Source of the DNA: Fidelibacterota bacterium
GTDB lineage: Bacteria; Fidelibacterota; Fidelibacteria; Fidelibacterales; DSDE01
Assembly: GCA_046735395.1 (NCBI GenBank)
Contig: JBJKQR010000018.1
Span: 64,001 to 128,000, forward strand
Direction: 5' to 3'
Length of the DNA: 64,000 bases
Shown: piece after piece, positions 1 through 9,984 of the stretch
Layout of the letters: every line of letters begins with the position of its first letter
How positions within the stretch are numbered: position 1 is the stretch's first letter
Translations under genes and position numbers: made by a program
Notes under the pieces: model-generated
The model's database searches: none
What the model was told of the DNA's origin: nothing
The model's input: the letters and a program-made list of their open reading frames with translations, nothing else

Positions 1-495
1 GAAGGCCTTTTCGATCCGAGCCGCTTCAGTTTCTTCCAGAAGCGCATGAAGCTGCAGGGGCAGCATGGCTGCAAAATCGGCCCGGTATCCGTCCGGAATG
101 TCCGCGCCGATCCGGGTGGAGGGTTTCAGCAACGTACAGACCAGGCCGCCGACCATGGCGCGAACCATCATCATTTTACCGGCGATACTGTGAGAACCGA
201 GAGGATTGAATACGGTCATGCCCGGCTGCAGATGGAAATGATCCAACGTTCTGCGGGCGGACTCTTCCATTATTTTCCTGGGCAGTGAAATGGTCCGGGG
301 TTCACCTGTACTGCCGCTGCTCTGCACCGGAAATGAGTGCCGGCCGGCGAGCCAGTCCCGGCAAAAATCAAGCGCCGGCACGAATTCCTCTCCGATTTTG
401 TGATGACGCAGCTGCCCGTCCCACTTTCCCGGATGGGCAAAATCAAAAAATATCTGTTCAGGCAGTTTTACCAGACCGCCTGCATCGGCCGCCAT
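1..495 (-). CDS. menE: O-succinylbenzoate-CoA ligase (AMP-binding), 5' part; runs off the left edge
   Basis: Not in the ORF track. Manual translation from ATG at 495 gives ...QSSGSTGEPRTISLPRKIMEESARRT...HSIAGKMMMVRA..., the AMP-binding motif of Bacteroidetes-type MenE. Lies directly downstream of menB. Confidence 0.85.
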   Translation of the reverse strand, partial: MAADAGGLVKLPEQIFFDFAHPGKWDGQLRHHKIGEEFVPALDFCRDWLAGRHSFPVQSSGSTGEPRTISLPRKIMEESARRTLDHFHLQPGMTVFNPLGSHSIAGKMMMVRAMVGGLVCTLLKPSTRIGADIPDGYRADFAAMLPLQLHALLEETEAARIEKAF

Positions 496-504
496 GAAAG
501 GGCC

Positions 505-1329
505 TCAGGGAAATTTCGGAAATTTTGAGAAGTCCGGTTTCCGCTTTTCCAGAAAGGCGTCCCGGCCTTCCTTGGCCTCTTCACTGAGATAGTAGAGAAG
601 GGTCGCGTTTCCGGCAAGTTCCTGAATACCGGCCTGTCCGTCCAGTTCGGCATTGAAGGCGCTTTTCAGCATACGAATGGCGAGGGGGCTTTTGTCCATG
701 ATCTTCTGCGCCCACTCTATCCCTGTTTTTTCCAGATCCGCGAGAGGAACCACTTTATTGACCAGGCCCATGTTCAGGGCATCCTGGGCGTCATACTGAT
801 CGCAGAGAAACCAGATTTCCCGCGCTTTTTTCTGGCCGACGACACGGGCGAGGTAGGAAGCGCCGAAGCCGCCGTCGAAGCTGCCGACTTTCGGGCCGGT
901 CTGGCCGAAACGGGCATTGTCAGCGGCAATGCTGAGATCGCAGACGACGTGGAGCACATGGCCTCCGCCGATGGCCCAGCCGGCCACCAGAGCAATGACA
1001 ACCTTGGGAATACTGCGGATCATTTTCTGGAGGTCCAGCACATTGAGCCGGGGAACATCGCCCTCGCTCACATAGCCGCCATGTCCGCGGACGCTCTGGT
1101 CTCCGCCGCTGCAGAAGGCCTTACCGCCTTCTCCCGTGAGCAGAATGACACGGATCCGTTCATCATCGCGGCAGATGTTCATGGCATCGATCATTTCGCT
1201 GACCGTGACCGGTGTAAAGGCATTATGAACCTGCGGCCGGTTGATGCTGATGCGCGCCATGCCATCATGATATCCGAAGAGGATATCCTTATAATTCTTT
1301 ATGGTTTCCCATTTGACCTGTGTTGCCAT
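505..1329 (-). CDS. menB: 1,4-dihydroxy-2-naphthoyl-CoA synthase
   Basis: Crotonase fold with [21 protein letters not shown] and [14 protein letters not shown] motifs. Confidence 0.97.
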   Translation of the reverse strand: MATQVKWETIKNYKDILFGYHDGMARISINRPQVHNAFTPVTVSEMIDAMNICRDDERIRVILLTGEGGKAFCSGGDQSVRGHGGYVSEGDVPRLNVLDLQKMIRSIPKVVIALVAGWAIGGGHVLHVVCDLSIAADNARFGQTGPKVGSFDGGFGASYLARVVGQKKAREIWFLCDQYDAQDALNMGLVNKVVPLADLEKTGIEWAQKIMDKSPLAIRMLKSAFNAELDGQAGIQELAGNATLLYYLSEEAKEGRDAFLEKRKPDFSKFPKFP

Positions 1330-1337
1330 GGATTCTC

Positions 1338-1613
1338 CTATTTCTGGCCGGTTTTACGGATAATATGAAAGCCGAACTGGGTCCGCACCGGCTGACTGAT
1401 GCGCCCGTTTCCCAGTTTGATGACAGCTGCTTCAAATTCCTTCACCATCTGTCCGGGGCCGAACCAACCCAGGTCTCCGCCTTTGGATTTGCTGGGGCAG
1501 GTGCTGAATTCCCGGGCAATGGCGGCGAAATTCGCGCCATTTTTAATTTTTTTTGACAGGGCATCGGCCAGCGCCTTGTCCTTTACCAATATGTGGCTTG
1601 CTCGCCATTCCAT
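1338..1613 (-). CDS. ppiC: Parvulin-type peptidyl-prolyl isomerase
   Basis: [31 protein letters not shown]. Start moved to MEWRASH (ATG 1613), which follows a GAGGAG RBS. Confidence 0.92.
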   Translation of the reverse strand: MEWRASHILVKDKALADALSKKIKNGANFAAIAREFSTCPSKSKGGDLGWFGPGQMVKEFEAAVIKLGNGRISQPVRTQFGFHIIRKTGQK

Positions 1614-1797
1614 ACTTGTCTCCTCATATACTGGCAGGAAATTACTCAACTCCGGCCAGAAGGTCAAGAAGCGCCTTCCCTGCAAAAGGAGAGATGAGGA
1701 CGGAGATTTTCATCACATTAACGTAAAACCGGCTCTTTTCCGTTTGATTTCATTTGATCATTCCGAGTAAATTGATTCATAAACGGGGAAATGAACG

Positions 1798-2205
1798 ATG
1801 GCTCAATTAGAATGGAATGATGATTATTCAGTAGGCATTGACCTGATCGACGCGCAGCACAGAGGACTCATGAATCTGCTGAATGAGCTGAATGCGTATC
1901 AGGAGGATGAACCGGAAAGCCGTGATTTCGAGCAGATTATTGATGACCTGATCAATTATGTGTCCGAGCATTTTGCCACCGAGGAAGCATTCTTTGAGGA
2001 AACGGCGTATCCGCAGATGGACCAGCATATTATCGAACATCAGTTTTTCGTGGAAAAAGTGAATGACATCGCATCGGATTATTATTCAATGGATGTGAAG
2101 GATATCCGGCAGATGATAGAATTTCTAAGCAACTGGTACAGCAAACATATTATGAAAACAGACCGTAAATATATCGCTCATCTTCGTGAGCATCTGAAAC
2201 ATTAG
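1798..2205 (+). CDS. Bacteriohemerythrin (single-domain di-iron protein)
   Basis: W..DYSVGI..ID.QH, HFATEE, H...H and WY.KHI..TD ligand pattern. Confidence 0.93.
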   Translation: MAQLEWNDDYSVGIDLIDAQHRGLMNLLNELNAYQEDEPESRDFEQIIDDLINYVSEHFATEEAFFEETAYPQMDQHIIEHQFFVEKVNDIASDYYSMDVKDIRQMIEFLSNWYSKHIMKTDRKYIAHLREHLKH

Positions 2206-2238
2206 ACGGCTATAGCCGATTATTCCGAATAAATATTA

Positions 2239-3504
2239 TTAACCCGGTTTTCCCAGAAGCCGGAACATATTGCTTTTATAGGCTTCCACACCCGGCTGGT
2301 CAAAGGGATTGATCTTCTGCATGTATCCCGAAATCGCCACGGCAATTTCGAACATAACGAAAAGATGGAAAAGATGTTCTTCCTCCAGGTGATCCAGAAA
2401 TAAGCTTGATACGGGCACGCCGCCGTCCTGATGGGCGGACAGGGTTCCCAGGTAGGCTTTTTCATTCACCTCGCTCAGCGTGCGCCCGGCCAGGTAATTG
2501 AGCTTGTCCAGATTCTGTGCATCAGAGGGAATATTCAGGTCCACGGGATATTTGCGGATCATGACAAAGGTTTCGAGAATATTCCGGACTCCGTCCTGAA
2601 TCCATTGTCCCATGGAGTGAAGATCGGTGGTGAAATCCACGGAAGCCGGAAAGAGTCCCAGTCCGTTCTTCCCTTCACTTTCGCCGTAGAGCTGTTTCCA
2701 CCATTCGGACATGAAATGCAGACGGGGCTCAAAATTAGCGAGAATTTCAATGGCCTTACCGGATTGACGAAGGGCCTGCCGGTTGACAGCATAGCGCAGG
2801 GAAATATTCGCTTCATCCGGCTGTGTGTACCGGTGCAGCGCGTCGGAGGCGCCACGGAGAATTTTTTTCAGATCCGCTCCGGCGGCCAGGATGGGCAGAA
2901 GCCCGACCGGTGTGAGGACGGAAAAGCGTCCGCCCACGTCATCGGGAATGACATAACTCCGGTAACCGCTGGACTCCGCCAGGGTTTTCAGAGCTCCCCG
3001 GGATCCATCCGTCGTGGCTATGATGCGCCGAGACGTTTTTGGGCCATATTTCTTTTCAGCGAGGTTTTTCAGGATGCGGAAGACGACGCCCGGTTCGGTG
3101 GTTGTGCCCGATTTGGAAATGACATTGATATAGAAATCCCGGTTTTCCAGTTCATTGAGCAGGGACGACAGTTCGTAGGGGCTCAGATGATGGCCGGCAA
3201 AGCGGATGCGGTCGGAGTGGGGCCAGAGGGCTGAGATGACGGCCTTCGCGCCCAGATAGGACCCTCCGATACCGATACAGACGAGAAGGTCACCGCTGTC
3301 GTGGATTTCCCGTGCCGTTTCACTGAGTTCCGACAGGGATTCGGGAGACTGTTCGGGCAGGGAGAGCCAGCCTGTAAATTCTGATCCCGCGCCGCTTTTC
3401 CCGAGAAGGGTTGATAAGGCTTCCAGCCCGTCCTTGTGCAACCGGGGAAGAAGCTCAGCATTTAAATTTTCACGTAATACCCTGTCTTCGTAAGACAGTG
3501 ACAT
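2239..3504 (-). CDS. pgi: Glucose-6-phosphate isomerase
   Basis: IGIGGSYLG, SKSGTTTE, GGRFSV, ESEGK and NPFDQPGVEAYK motifs. Confidence 0.96.
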   Translation of the reverse strand: MSLSYEDRVLRENLNAELLPRLHKDGLEALSTLLGKSGAGSEFTGWLSLPEQSPESLSELSETAREIHDSGDLLVCIGIGGSYLGAKAVISALWPHSDRIRFAGHHLSPYELSSLLNELENRDFYINVISKSGTTTEPGVVFRILKNLAEKKYGPKTSRRIIATTDGSRGALKTLAESSGYRSYVIPDDVGGRFSVLTPVGLLPILAAGADLKKILRGASDALHRYTQPDEANISLRYAVNRQALRQSGKAIEILANFEPRLHFMSEWWKQLYGESEGKNGLGLFPASVDFTTDLHSMGQWIQDGVRNILETFVMIRKYPVDLNIPSDAQNLDKLNYLAGRTLSEVNEKAYLGTLSAHQDGGVPVSSLFLDHLEEEHLFHLFVMFEIAVAISGYMQKINPFDQPGVEAYKSNMFRLLGKPG

Positions 3505-3522
3505 AAGGCCTCCGTTCTTGAA

Positions 3523-4434
3523 TTAAAATGTTTTAAGACCGAAATGCTGACAGACACCATCCGCAGTGATTTCGGGAGAAAAGACACCGGTGAAGCAGGT
3601 GGACCAGGCAGCAGCAGCGGCAGCAAATTCCAGGCTTTCCCGGTAGCCCTGATTTTTCGCCAGGGCGTAGAGACAGGCTCCGTGCAGGATGTCGCCGGCA
3701 CCGGTGCTATCGATGGTTTCCACTTTGCGGGCCGGAATGAAATCGGAATTTTCACCCGTGCTCCAGAGCAGGCCTCCGGGGCCAAGTGTGATGGCAGCGA
3801 GGGAAATTTTTCCGGCGGCGAGATTGCGAACGGCCGTGAAGAGATCGATTTCTCCATAATTCCGCAGGATGAAATCCTTGGAAACAATGAGAATGTCAAT
3901 CAGGCTTTCCCAGTAGCAGAGATCAAGAGTTCGGGCCCCCGGATCCACCATAATACGGACGCCTCTTTCCCGGGCGGCTGCGGCGAGCCGGCGGGAAGTG
4001 TCACCGTCGCGGGCATCGAGCAGCAGATAGTCTCCGGGCTGCATCTCATCGGCAAAGGATTCGGGCAGAGCTTGGAGGGGGTGGCCGGAGGGCGGTTCCG
4101 GGCTGAGAATGACCGATCGCCTGCCATGCCGCGTCTCGGTGAGAATGGTCGCCCGCGCTGTCGGCATCTCCGCTTCTCTGATCAGATAGCGGCAGTCCAG
4201 CCCTTCCGCCGTAAGCCGTTCGGCCAGGGCCTTACCCCAGAGATCGTCCCCGATGCGGGCCGCCAGTACAGCATTTAGGCCGGAGCGGGCGCAGAATCCA
4301 AGCGCTGCGGGTACTGGTCCGCCCGGCGCTTCGACCAGTCCTGTTGCCCGGGTTTTTTCGTCCGGACCCGGAAAGTGAGACAGGGACAGAAAATGGTCCC
4401 AGGTGAGCAGTCCGTATCCGAATATGCGGGTCAT
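3523..4434 (-). CDS. PfkB family carbohydrate kinase
   Basis: PGGPVPAA N-terminal motif and DSTGAGD C-terminal signature. Confidence 0.88.
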   Translation of the reverse strand: MTRIFGYGLLTWDHFLSLSHFPGPDEKTRATGLVEAPGGPVPAALGFCARSGLNAVLAARIGDDLWGKALAERLTAEGLDCRYLIREAEMPTARATILTETRHGRRSVILSPEPPSGHPLQALPESFADEMQPGDYLLLDARDGDTSRRLAAAARERGVRIMVDPGARTLDLCYWESLIDILIVSKDFILRNYGEIDLFTAVRNLAAGKISLAAITLGPGGLLWSTGENSDFIPARKVETIDSTGAGDILHGACLYALAKNQGYRESLEFAAAAAAWSTCFTGVFSPEITADGVCQHFGLKTF

Positions 4435-4438
4435 GGCT

Positions 4439-5185
4439 TCAGAATCCCCGTTCTCTGCGGATGGATGAATAGGCCTCGTTGATGATTTTGAATTTTTCCT
4501 CGGCGGCCTTGACGAGATCCGGGCCGAGATGGGATACCTTGTCCGGGTGATAGAGCAGGGCGAGTTTCTTGTAGGCGTGTTTGATTTCTTCGTCCGTGGC
4601 CTCGGGCGTCACTTCGAGGATTTTATAAAAGGCGCCGGCGTCATTTTTATGATAGGCGCTGTAAATGCTCTCATAATCGCGTTCGTTCAGTCCCAGAAGC
4701 AGAGTGATCTCGTGAATCGCCCGTTTTTCGTCTTCGTGCAGCTCGCCGTCGGACAGGCTCAGGTTGAAGAGCAGATGAATCAGCTGTATCCGGGACGGAA
4801 AATCCATGTAGGATGCAATCTGCTGCGCAACCTCCTGAATGATGATGGGCCGCTGCAGCAGCTGTTCCAGCAGCATCATGAGTTCCTGAACCATGGCGGG
4901 TTGGCTGATGCCGGAGGAGAGGTAACGGCGCACATAGTCCATTTCCACTTTGCGGATCTTTTTGTCCGATTTGATGACATAGGCAAAAATAATCATCAGG
5001 GAGGCATAAAAATCTCCGGGGTGGGTGCGATGGCCGCTTCGCTGCCGTCCGGATTCTGAATATGGCCCGGGAGTCAGTTCATCATCAAGCCTTGCTCCGA
5101 TAAATCCGCCGATCAGCGCGCCGATGGGTCCGAGAAGGACCCAGCCCAGACCGGCACCGATGAGTGTTTTCATACTGAAATTCAT
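4439..5185 (-). CDS. djlA: DjlA-like co-chaperone (TerB domain plus C-terminal J domain)
   Basis: N-terminal Gly-rich TM segment (GPIGALIGG), TerB-like middle, J domain with HPD. Confidence 0.85.
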   Translation of the reverse strand: MNFSMKTLIGAGLGWVLLGPIGALIGGFIGARLDDELTPGPYSESGRQRSGHRTHPGDFYASLMIIFAYVIKSDKKIRKVEMDYVRRYLSSGISQPAMVQELMMLLEQLLQRPIIIQEVAQQIASYMDFPSRIQLIHLLFNLSLSDGELHEDEKRAIHEITLLLGLNERDYESIYSAYHKNDAGAFYKILEVTPEATDEEIKHAYKKLALLYHPDKVSHLGPDLVKAAEEKFKIINEAYSSIRRERGF

Positions 5186-5697
5186 GCGTGGGTGATCTCC
5201 ATAAGTTTCACGTTCTTTTCCAGTGTATCCCCCTCCTTTACAAATATTTCCCTGATGCTGCCCGTGACCGGCGCAACGATCTCGTTTTCCATTTTCATGG
5301 CTTCCAGAATCATCAGGCCCTGGCCTTTTTCGACCGTGTCGCCGGCGGCAACTTCGATTTTTTTCACCAGGCCCGGGATGCTGGCCTTGAGCAGAGTTTC
5401 CGTCTTTTCCCCGACCTGCACCATGCCCAGCTTTTCCAGCAGCAGGTCCATGTCGTCTTTCAGCTCAACCGTCAATGCGGACGAATTGGAGGTGATCCGG
5501 TAATGGGGATGTTCGTCCTGAACGTGAATGAGCAGGGATCGGTTTTCGAAAATGAGGCTGTAGCAGTTATCGGCGAGTTTCCGGCAGTCCGGTTCCACTG
5601 CCCGTCCGTCTATGACAGGCCGGGAACAGAGGTCTTCCGGATTGATCTCGATGGTGTAGGTTTTATCGCCGCTTTGAATCTGATAGCTTTTCATCAT
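5182..5697 (-). CDS. Biotin carboxyl carrier subunit of acyl-CoA carboxylase
   Basis: EAMKMENEI biotinylation motif. Confidence 0.92.
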   Translation of the reverse strand: MMKSYQIQSGDKTYTIEINPEDLCSRPVIDGRAVEPDCRKLADNCYSLIFENRSLLIHVQDEHPHYRITSNSSALTVELKDDMDLLLEKLGMVQVGEKTETLLKASIPGLVKKIEVAAGDTVEKGQGLMILEAMKMENEIVAPVTGSIREIFVKEGDTLEKNVKLMEITHA

Positions 5698-5706
5698 GGT
5701 TTCGCC

Positions 5707-7200
5707 TCAGGAAGGGTATTTCCGGTTTTTCCAGCCGGAATTCCGTTCTTTAATGTCACGTTGGGGCTCAGGTTTCCGTTTTTTCTGCGTATCAATAAAA
5801 TGATGCAGGGCTGCAAGTCCGGCGGCCTGACTGAGGCCGGTATCGACCCCGTTCCCGGAGAGCGCCGCCCTGTTCTCATCTATAAAATGGGTGCTGTAAT
5901 GTCCGTTCTGAAAATCAGGGTGGCTGATCACGGACGAACAGAAGGGGATGGAGGTCTGAACGCCGAAAATCACGAATTCATCCAGCGCCCTCTGCATGCG
6001 GGCCAGGACTTCCGGCCGGTCATTTCCCCAGCAGATGAGTTTTCCGATCATGGGGTCATAATAGGGCGAGACCACAAGGCCGGGCTGCAGGGCTCCGTCG
6101 AAGCGAATGCCCGGGCCGTCCGGAATCCGGCACCAGGAGACAGTTCCCGTACTCGGCATAAAATTATTCCCGCTGTCTTCCGCATAGATCCGGCATTCCA
6201 TGGCATGTCCCAGCTGCCGTATCCCGTCCTGGCTGTGGGCGAGCGGGTGGCCGTCCGCGATGCGGATCTGTTCCCGAACCAGATCTATTCCCGTGAGCAT
6301 CTCAGTGACCGGATGCTCGACCTGAAGTCGGGTATTCATCTCCAGGAAATAAAAATGTCCCGATTCATCAGCCAGGAATTCCACCGTTCCGGCGCCGGTA
6401 TAATGACAGCTTCGCGCCACTTCCACCGCGGCGTCCCCCATACTTTTCCGCAGCTCGGGAGTCAGGAGAGGAGAGGGGCTTTCTTCGATGACCTTCTGAA
6501 AACGCCGCTGTATGCTGCATTCTCTTTCATTCAGGTGGATAATAGTGCCCCGGGTGTCAGCCAGGATCTGAAACTCGATATGATGAGGATTCTCAATATA
6601 TTTTTCCAGATAGATCCGTCCGTCTCCGAAGGCTGCGGCCGCTTCACGCCCGGCCTTTTCCACCGCGGCCTGAAGCTGTTCGGGTGAATCCACGCGATGC
6701 ATGCCTTTACCGCCGCCGCCACCGGCTGCCTTGACGAGGACGGGGTAGCCGATGCGCTCCGCTTCCGGAACCGCGTCCCCGGATGAGGACAGAACAGCGG
6801 ATCCGGGTACCAGTGGAACGTTACGGGCCGAAACCGCCTGACGTGCGGCTGTCTTGTCGCCCATGATGCCAATGGCTTCCGCATCCGGGCCGATGAAGCA
6901 TTTTCCGGCCTTCTCAACCTCTGCGGCGAAACGGGTGTTTTCGGACAGGAATCCGTAGCCGGGATGGACGGCATCCGCGCCGGAGCGGATCAATATATCC
7001 ATGACCTGGTGTATGTCCAGATAGCTTTCGCTGCTGAGATTTCCTTTCAGGGGCCAGGCTTCATCTGCGTAGAGAACGTGGGGCGACATGCGGTCCGCTT
7101 CGCTGAACAGCGCAACCGTCCTGATGCCCATTTCCCGACAGCTGCGCATGACGCGAATGGCAATTTCTCCCCGATTGGCGATGAGAATTTTACGGATCAT
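5707..7200 (-). CDS. accC: Biotin carboxylase (acetyl/propionyl-CoA carboxylase)
   Basis: KILIANRGEIA, HPGYGFLSEN, GGGGKGM and EMNTRLQVEHPVTE motifs. Confidence 0.95.
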   Translation of the reverse strand: MIRKILIANRGEIAIRVMRSCREMGIRTVALFSEADRMSPHVLYADEAWPLKGNLSSESYLDIHQVMDILIRSGADAVHPGYGFLSENTRFAAEVEKAGKCFIGPDAEAIGIMGDKTAARQAVSARNVPLVPGSAVLSSSGDAVPEAERIGYPVLVKAAGGGGGKGMHRVDSPEQLQAAVEKAGREAAAAFGDGRIYLEKYIENPHHIEFQILADTRGTIIHLNERECSIQRRFQKVIEESPSPLLTPELRKSMGDAAVEVARSCHYTGAGTVEFLADESGHFYFLEMNTRLQVEHPVTEMLTGIDLVREQIRIADGHPLAHSQDGIRQLGHAMECRIYAEDSGNNFMPSTGTVSWCRIPDGPGIRFDGALQPGLVVSPYYDPMIGKLICWGNDRPEVLARMQRALDEFVIFGVQTSIPFCSSVISHPDFQNGHYSTHFIDENRAALSGNGVDTGLSQAAGLAALHHFIDTQKKRKPEPQRDIKERNSGWKNRKYPS

Positions 7201-7271
7201 CCGATTCTCCGTGGCTTTGGCAGAATATAAGAAAATCGCCGGCGAAAAGGCATTTTTGATTTGGGAGGGCT

Positions 7272-7324
7272 GTATCCAGTATCCAGTATCGAGTATCGAG
7301 TAGCGAGTATCGAGTATCGAGTAG
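7272..7324 (+). repeat. Tandem heptamer repeat (GTATCSA-like) x7
   Basis: gtatcca gtatcca gtatcga gtatcga gtagcga gtatcga gtatcga gtag, read directly. Confidence 0.95.
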
Positions 7325-7527
7325 GCAAATTTCGTTTCTTCCGCATGAACCCGTCAACCCGCCTTAGTACGTCACTGCGGACCTGATCCGCCCGTCTATG
7401 TTTCGCTTCGCTCCACTTCGACGCGGCAGGCGAGTTGAAAGGCATAAGGAGCCAGGAGCTTGGAGGCAGGAGGCAGGAAGAAAGAGGAAGGGTGAAAGGT
7501 GAAATTTTGACTGGAACGAAACCGACA

Positions 7528-7570
7528 GTGGCTGAGTGGTATCACTCGGTGGCTGAGCGGAGCCGAAGCC
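7528..7570 (+). repeat. REP-like element (GTGGCTGAG direct repeat; ...GCTGAGCGGAGCCGAAGCC)
   Basis: Direct repeat of gtggctgag. Resembles the common 'CTGAGCGGAGTCGAAG' extragenic palindrome type. Confidence 0.6.
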
Positions 7571-7573
7571 TTT

Positions 7574-7715
7574 TGTCATTGCGGGCTTGACCCGCAATCT
7601 CTTGCCATTGAAGGCGAGGTGTGATGTGTACAAGAATCTGGTGTACAACAGAATTAAGGAGATTCCGGATCGCCCCCGTCTCCGTTTCACTCCGATGGAG
7701 TTGTCCGGAATGACA
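7574..7715. repeat. REPIN/MITE-like element made of two REP-like palindromes
   Basis: Left TGTCATTGCGGGCTTGACCCGCAATC, right GATTCCGGA...TCCGGAATGACA. The outer 11 nt are inverted repeats with 1 mismatch. Confidence 0.7.
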
Positions 7716-7832
7716 GTTTCATAATATTGTAGGATTGAGTTTTTTACGATAAACCCGCCAACCCGCCAACGAATTCTTCCCCGTCTGCGCATCAACGCAT
7801 TAACTATTTATTATACAAAATCGGTGAAAAAA

Positions 7833-9158
7833 TTAGAGCTGTTCCCAGCCTTTGCCGAGGCGGTTGAGCAGGGCGGAATACAGATAAAAGCGGACAGAGC
7901 CCACGATGACAGAATCGATAATATCGGAGGCGAAGGCATAGGTCAGCATGGAGCGGGCCACATCCTCGCCGATGCCCCGGCTGCGCAGGTAGAACAGCGC
8001 ATCCTCGTCCAGCTGTCCCACGGTCGCGCCGTGGCTGCATTTCACGTCATCGGCAAATATTTTCAGCTGAGGCTTGGAATCCGCTTTGGCGTCGGGAGAA
8101 AGAAGGAGATTCTTGTTCAGCTGCCGGGCATTGATTTTCTGTGCATCCCGTTCGACAAGGATCTGTCCGTTGAAGACGCCCCGGGAATGTTCATCCAGAA
8201 TTCCTTTATAGATCTGATTGCTTTCCGAGCGGGGAGCGACGTGGTGGATGAGTGTGCGGTTGTCGAAGTGCTGGCTGTCCTTGCCCATGTAGAGGCCGTA
8301 GAGGTCGCAGCGGGCGCCGCTGCCGTTCAGGACAGCGTCAATATTGTTGCGGTTCAGGACCCCGCCGAAATTGATACTGGTGGAGAGAAAGCGGGCATCC
8401 TGCTCGAGAATGGCGGTGGTGCTGGACAGATGGGTGCTGTTCATGGATTCGAGCTGAACCTTGTGGTAGCGCAGGGAGGCGTTGTCGTCGACATATACTT
8501 CAGCCCCGCTGTTCGTCAGATAGGGGTTTGTGTCCAGTCCGTTGTAGGTTTCCACCACGGTGGCGCTGCTGTTTTTTCCCAGCACGATAAGGTTCCGGGG
8601 CTGGGTATAAAAGGGACGATTCAGACCGGTGGACAGGTACATGATGTGCACCGCTTCCTTCAGCTCCGTATTGTCGGGAATATAAACAAAGGCGCCGTCG
8701 GGGCTGAGAGCCGTATTCATGAGCGAAAATTTATCATTCCCGTTCCGGCAGTGGGTGTTGAAATGTTTTTTCACGATGTCCGGATAGGTATTCAGAGCCT
8801 CCCGGAGACTGCTGATCACGGCCGGGCAGTCCGATCTTTTTTCCAGCTGGGAATGGGCGGCGGAAAAATGCCCGTTCACGAAGACCAGAATGATGCGTTT
8901 CATATCCGTGAAGGAATATTTATAGACAAGCTGTGAGGGCAGGGTTTCGGGCCTGGCATCCGGAACGGGGGAATAGGCCGTGTTCATGAGATCGTCTAAA
9001 TGAGTGTATTTCCATTCCTCCATTCCGCTATGGGGAAAGGGTGTGTCGCGGAAGGCTTCAAATGCCGTCTGCTGCCGTTCGAGAAAAAAGGGCGCGAGGC
9101 CGTCGCTGCGACGTTCGTGAAACTGTCGGTTCCAGTCGGTTTTACTGTTTGAATTCAT
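7833..9158 (-). CDS. sufD: Fe-S cluster assembly protein SufD
   Basis: EEWKYT, KPQLKIFADDVKCSHGATVGQLD and FYLRSRGI motifs. Confidence 0.96.
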   Translation of the reverse strand: MNSNSKTDWNRQFHERRSDGLAPFFLERQQTAFEAFRDTPFPHSGMEEWKYTHLDDLMNTAYSPVPDARPETLPSQLVYKYSFTDMKRIILVFVNGHFSAAHSQLEKRSDCPAVISSLREALNTYPDIVKKHFNTHCRNGNDKFSLMNTALSPDGAFVYIPDNTELKEAVHIMYLSTGLNRPFYTQPRNLIVLGKNSSATVVETYNGLDTNPYLTNSGAEVYVDDNASLRYHKVQLESMNSTHLSSTTAILEQDARFLSTSINFGGVLNRNNIDAVLNGSGARCDLYGLYMGKDSQHFDNRTLIHHVAPRSESNQIYKGILDEHSRGVFNGQILVERDAQKINARQLNKNLLLSPDAKADSKPQLKIFADDVKCSHGATVGQLDEDALFYLRSRGIGEDVARSMLTYAFASDIIDSVIVGSVRFYLYSALLNRLGKGWEQL

Positions 9159-9160
9159 GC

Positions 9161-9916
9161 TCAGTCCCTGTCAGCTTCTTCCTTGATCCAGTCATATCCG
9201 CGTTTTTCCAGCTCGAGAGCCAGATCCTTGTCGCCGGATTTCACGATGCGTCCCTTGTAGAGAACATGGACGAAATCGGGGACGATATAGTCGAGGAGCC
9301 GTTGATAATGCGTCACCATGATGACAGCGTTGTTCTTGTTCTTGAAACGGTTCACACCATGGGCCACAATTTTCAGCGCATCAATATCCAGGCCCGAATC
9401 CGTTTCGTCCAGAATGGCCAGCCGCGGGTCCAGAACCGCCAGCTGAAGAATTTCATTGCGTTTTTTCTCGCCACCGGAAAATCCTTCGTTCACAGGCCGG
9501 TTCAGAAGCTTCTGGTCAATATCCACCAGTTCCATCTTCTGCTTGATCATGGCCAGAAAATCCATGGCATCCAGTTCGTCCAGATTGCGGTGTTTGCGGA
9601 TCTCATTCAGCGCTGTCTTCAGAAAGGAGGTATTATTGACGCCCGGAATTTCGATAGGATACTGAAAGGCCAGAAAGACGCCTTCCCTGGCGCGGACTTC
9701 CGGAGTCATATCCATCAGATTCTGCCCCATATAGTCAACCTGTCCGCCGGTGACCTCATAGCCGGGACGGCCGGCGAGGACGTGAGCCAGTGTGCTTTTT
9801 CCACTTCCGTTCGGCCCCATGATGGCATGAACTTCTCCGGCATGAACTTCCAGATTAATCCCTTTCAGGATGGCATTGCCGCCCACATTGGCCTGTAAAT
9901 TTTTAATATTCAGCAT
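9161..9916 (-). CDS. sufC: Fe-S cluster assembly ATPase SufC
   Basis: GPNGSGKST, FSGGEKKRNE and LDETDSGLD motifs. Confidence 0.97.
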   Translation of the reverse strand: MLNIKNLQANVGGNAILKGINLEVHAGEVHAIMGPNGSGKSTLAHVLAGRPGYEVTGGQVDYMGQNLMDMTPEVRAREGVFLAFQYPIEIPGVNNTSFLKTALNEIRKHRNLDELDAMDFLAMIKQKMELVDIDQKLLNRPVNEGFSGGEKKRNEILQLAVLDPRLAILDETDSGLDIDALKIVAHGVNRFKNKNNAVIMVTHYQRLLDYIVPDFVHVLYKGRIVKSGDKDLALELEKRGYDWIKEEADRD

Positions 9917-9984
9917 TGCGGTTTCCTGTACATATCTTTCATTTTAATATTTTGATGCATGGTCGGAATCATTATCTCCCCCTG

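Noticed and set aside
1740..1797. FNR box upstream of hemerythrin
   Set aside because: TTGAT half-sites are present but not as TTGAT-N4-ATCAA.
5188..6687. Long antisense ORFs (e.g. 5188..6687, 7824..8936, 19843..21183, 22577..23950, 55347..56921)
   Set aside because: They are shadow frames opposite well-supported genes, expected from codon bias at this GC content, and carry no motifs.
7272..7324. Tandem repeat as a mini-CRISPR
   Set aside because: Units are 7 bp and contiguous, with no spacers.
7197..7795. ORFs 7197..7445 and 7364..7795 as genes
   Set aside because: The translations are read-outs of the repeats (TRYSILATRYSILDTGY, RLRVKPAMT) with no recognisable domain.
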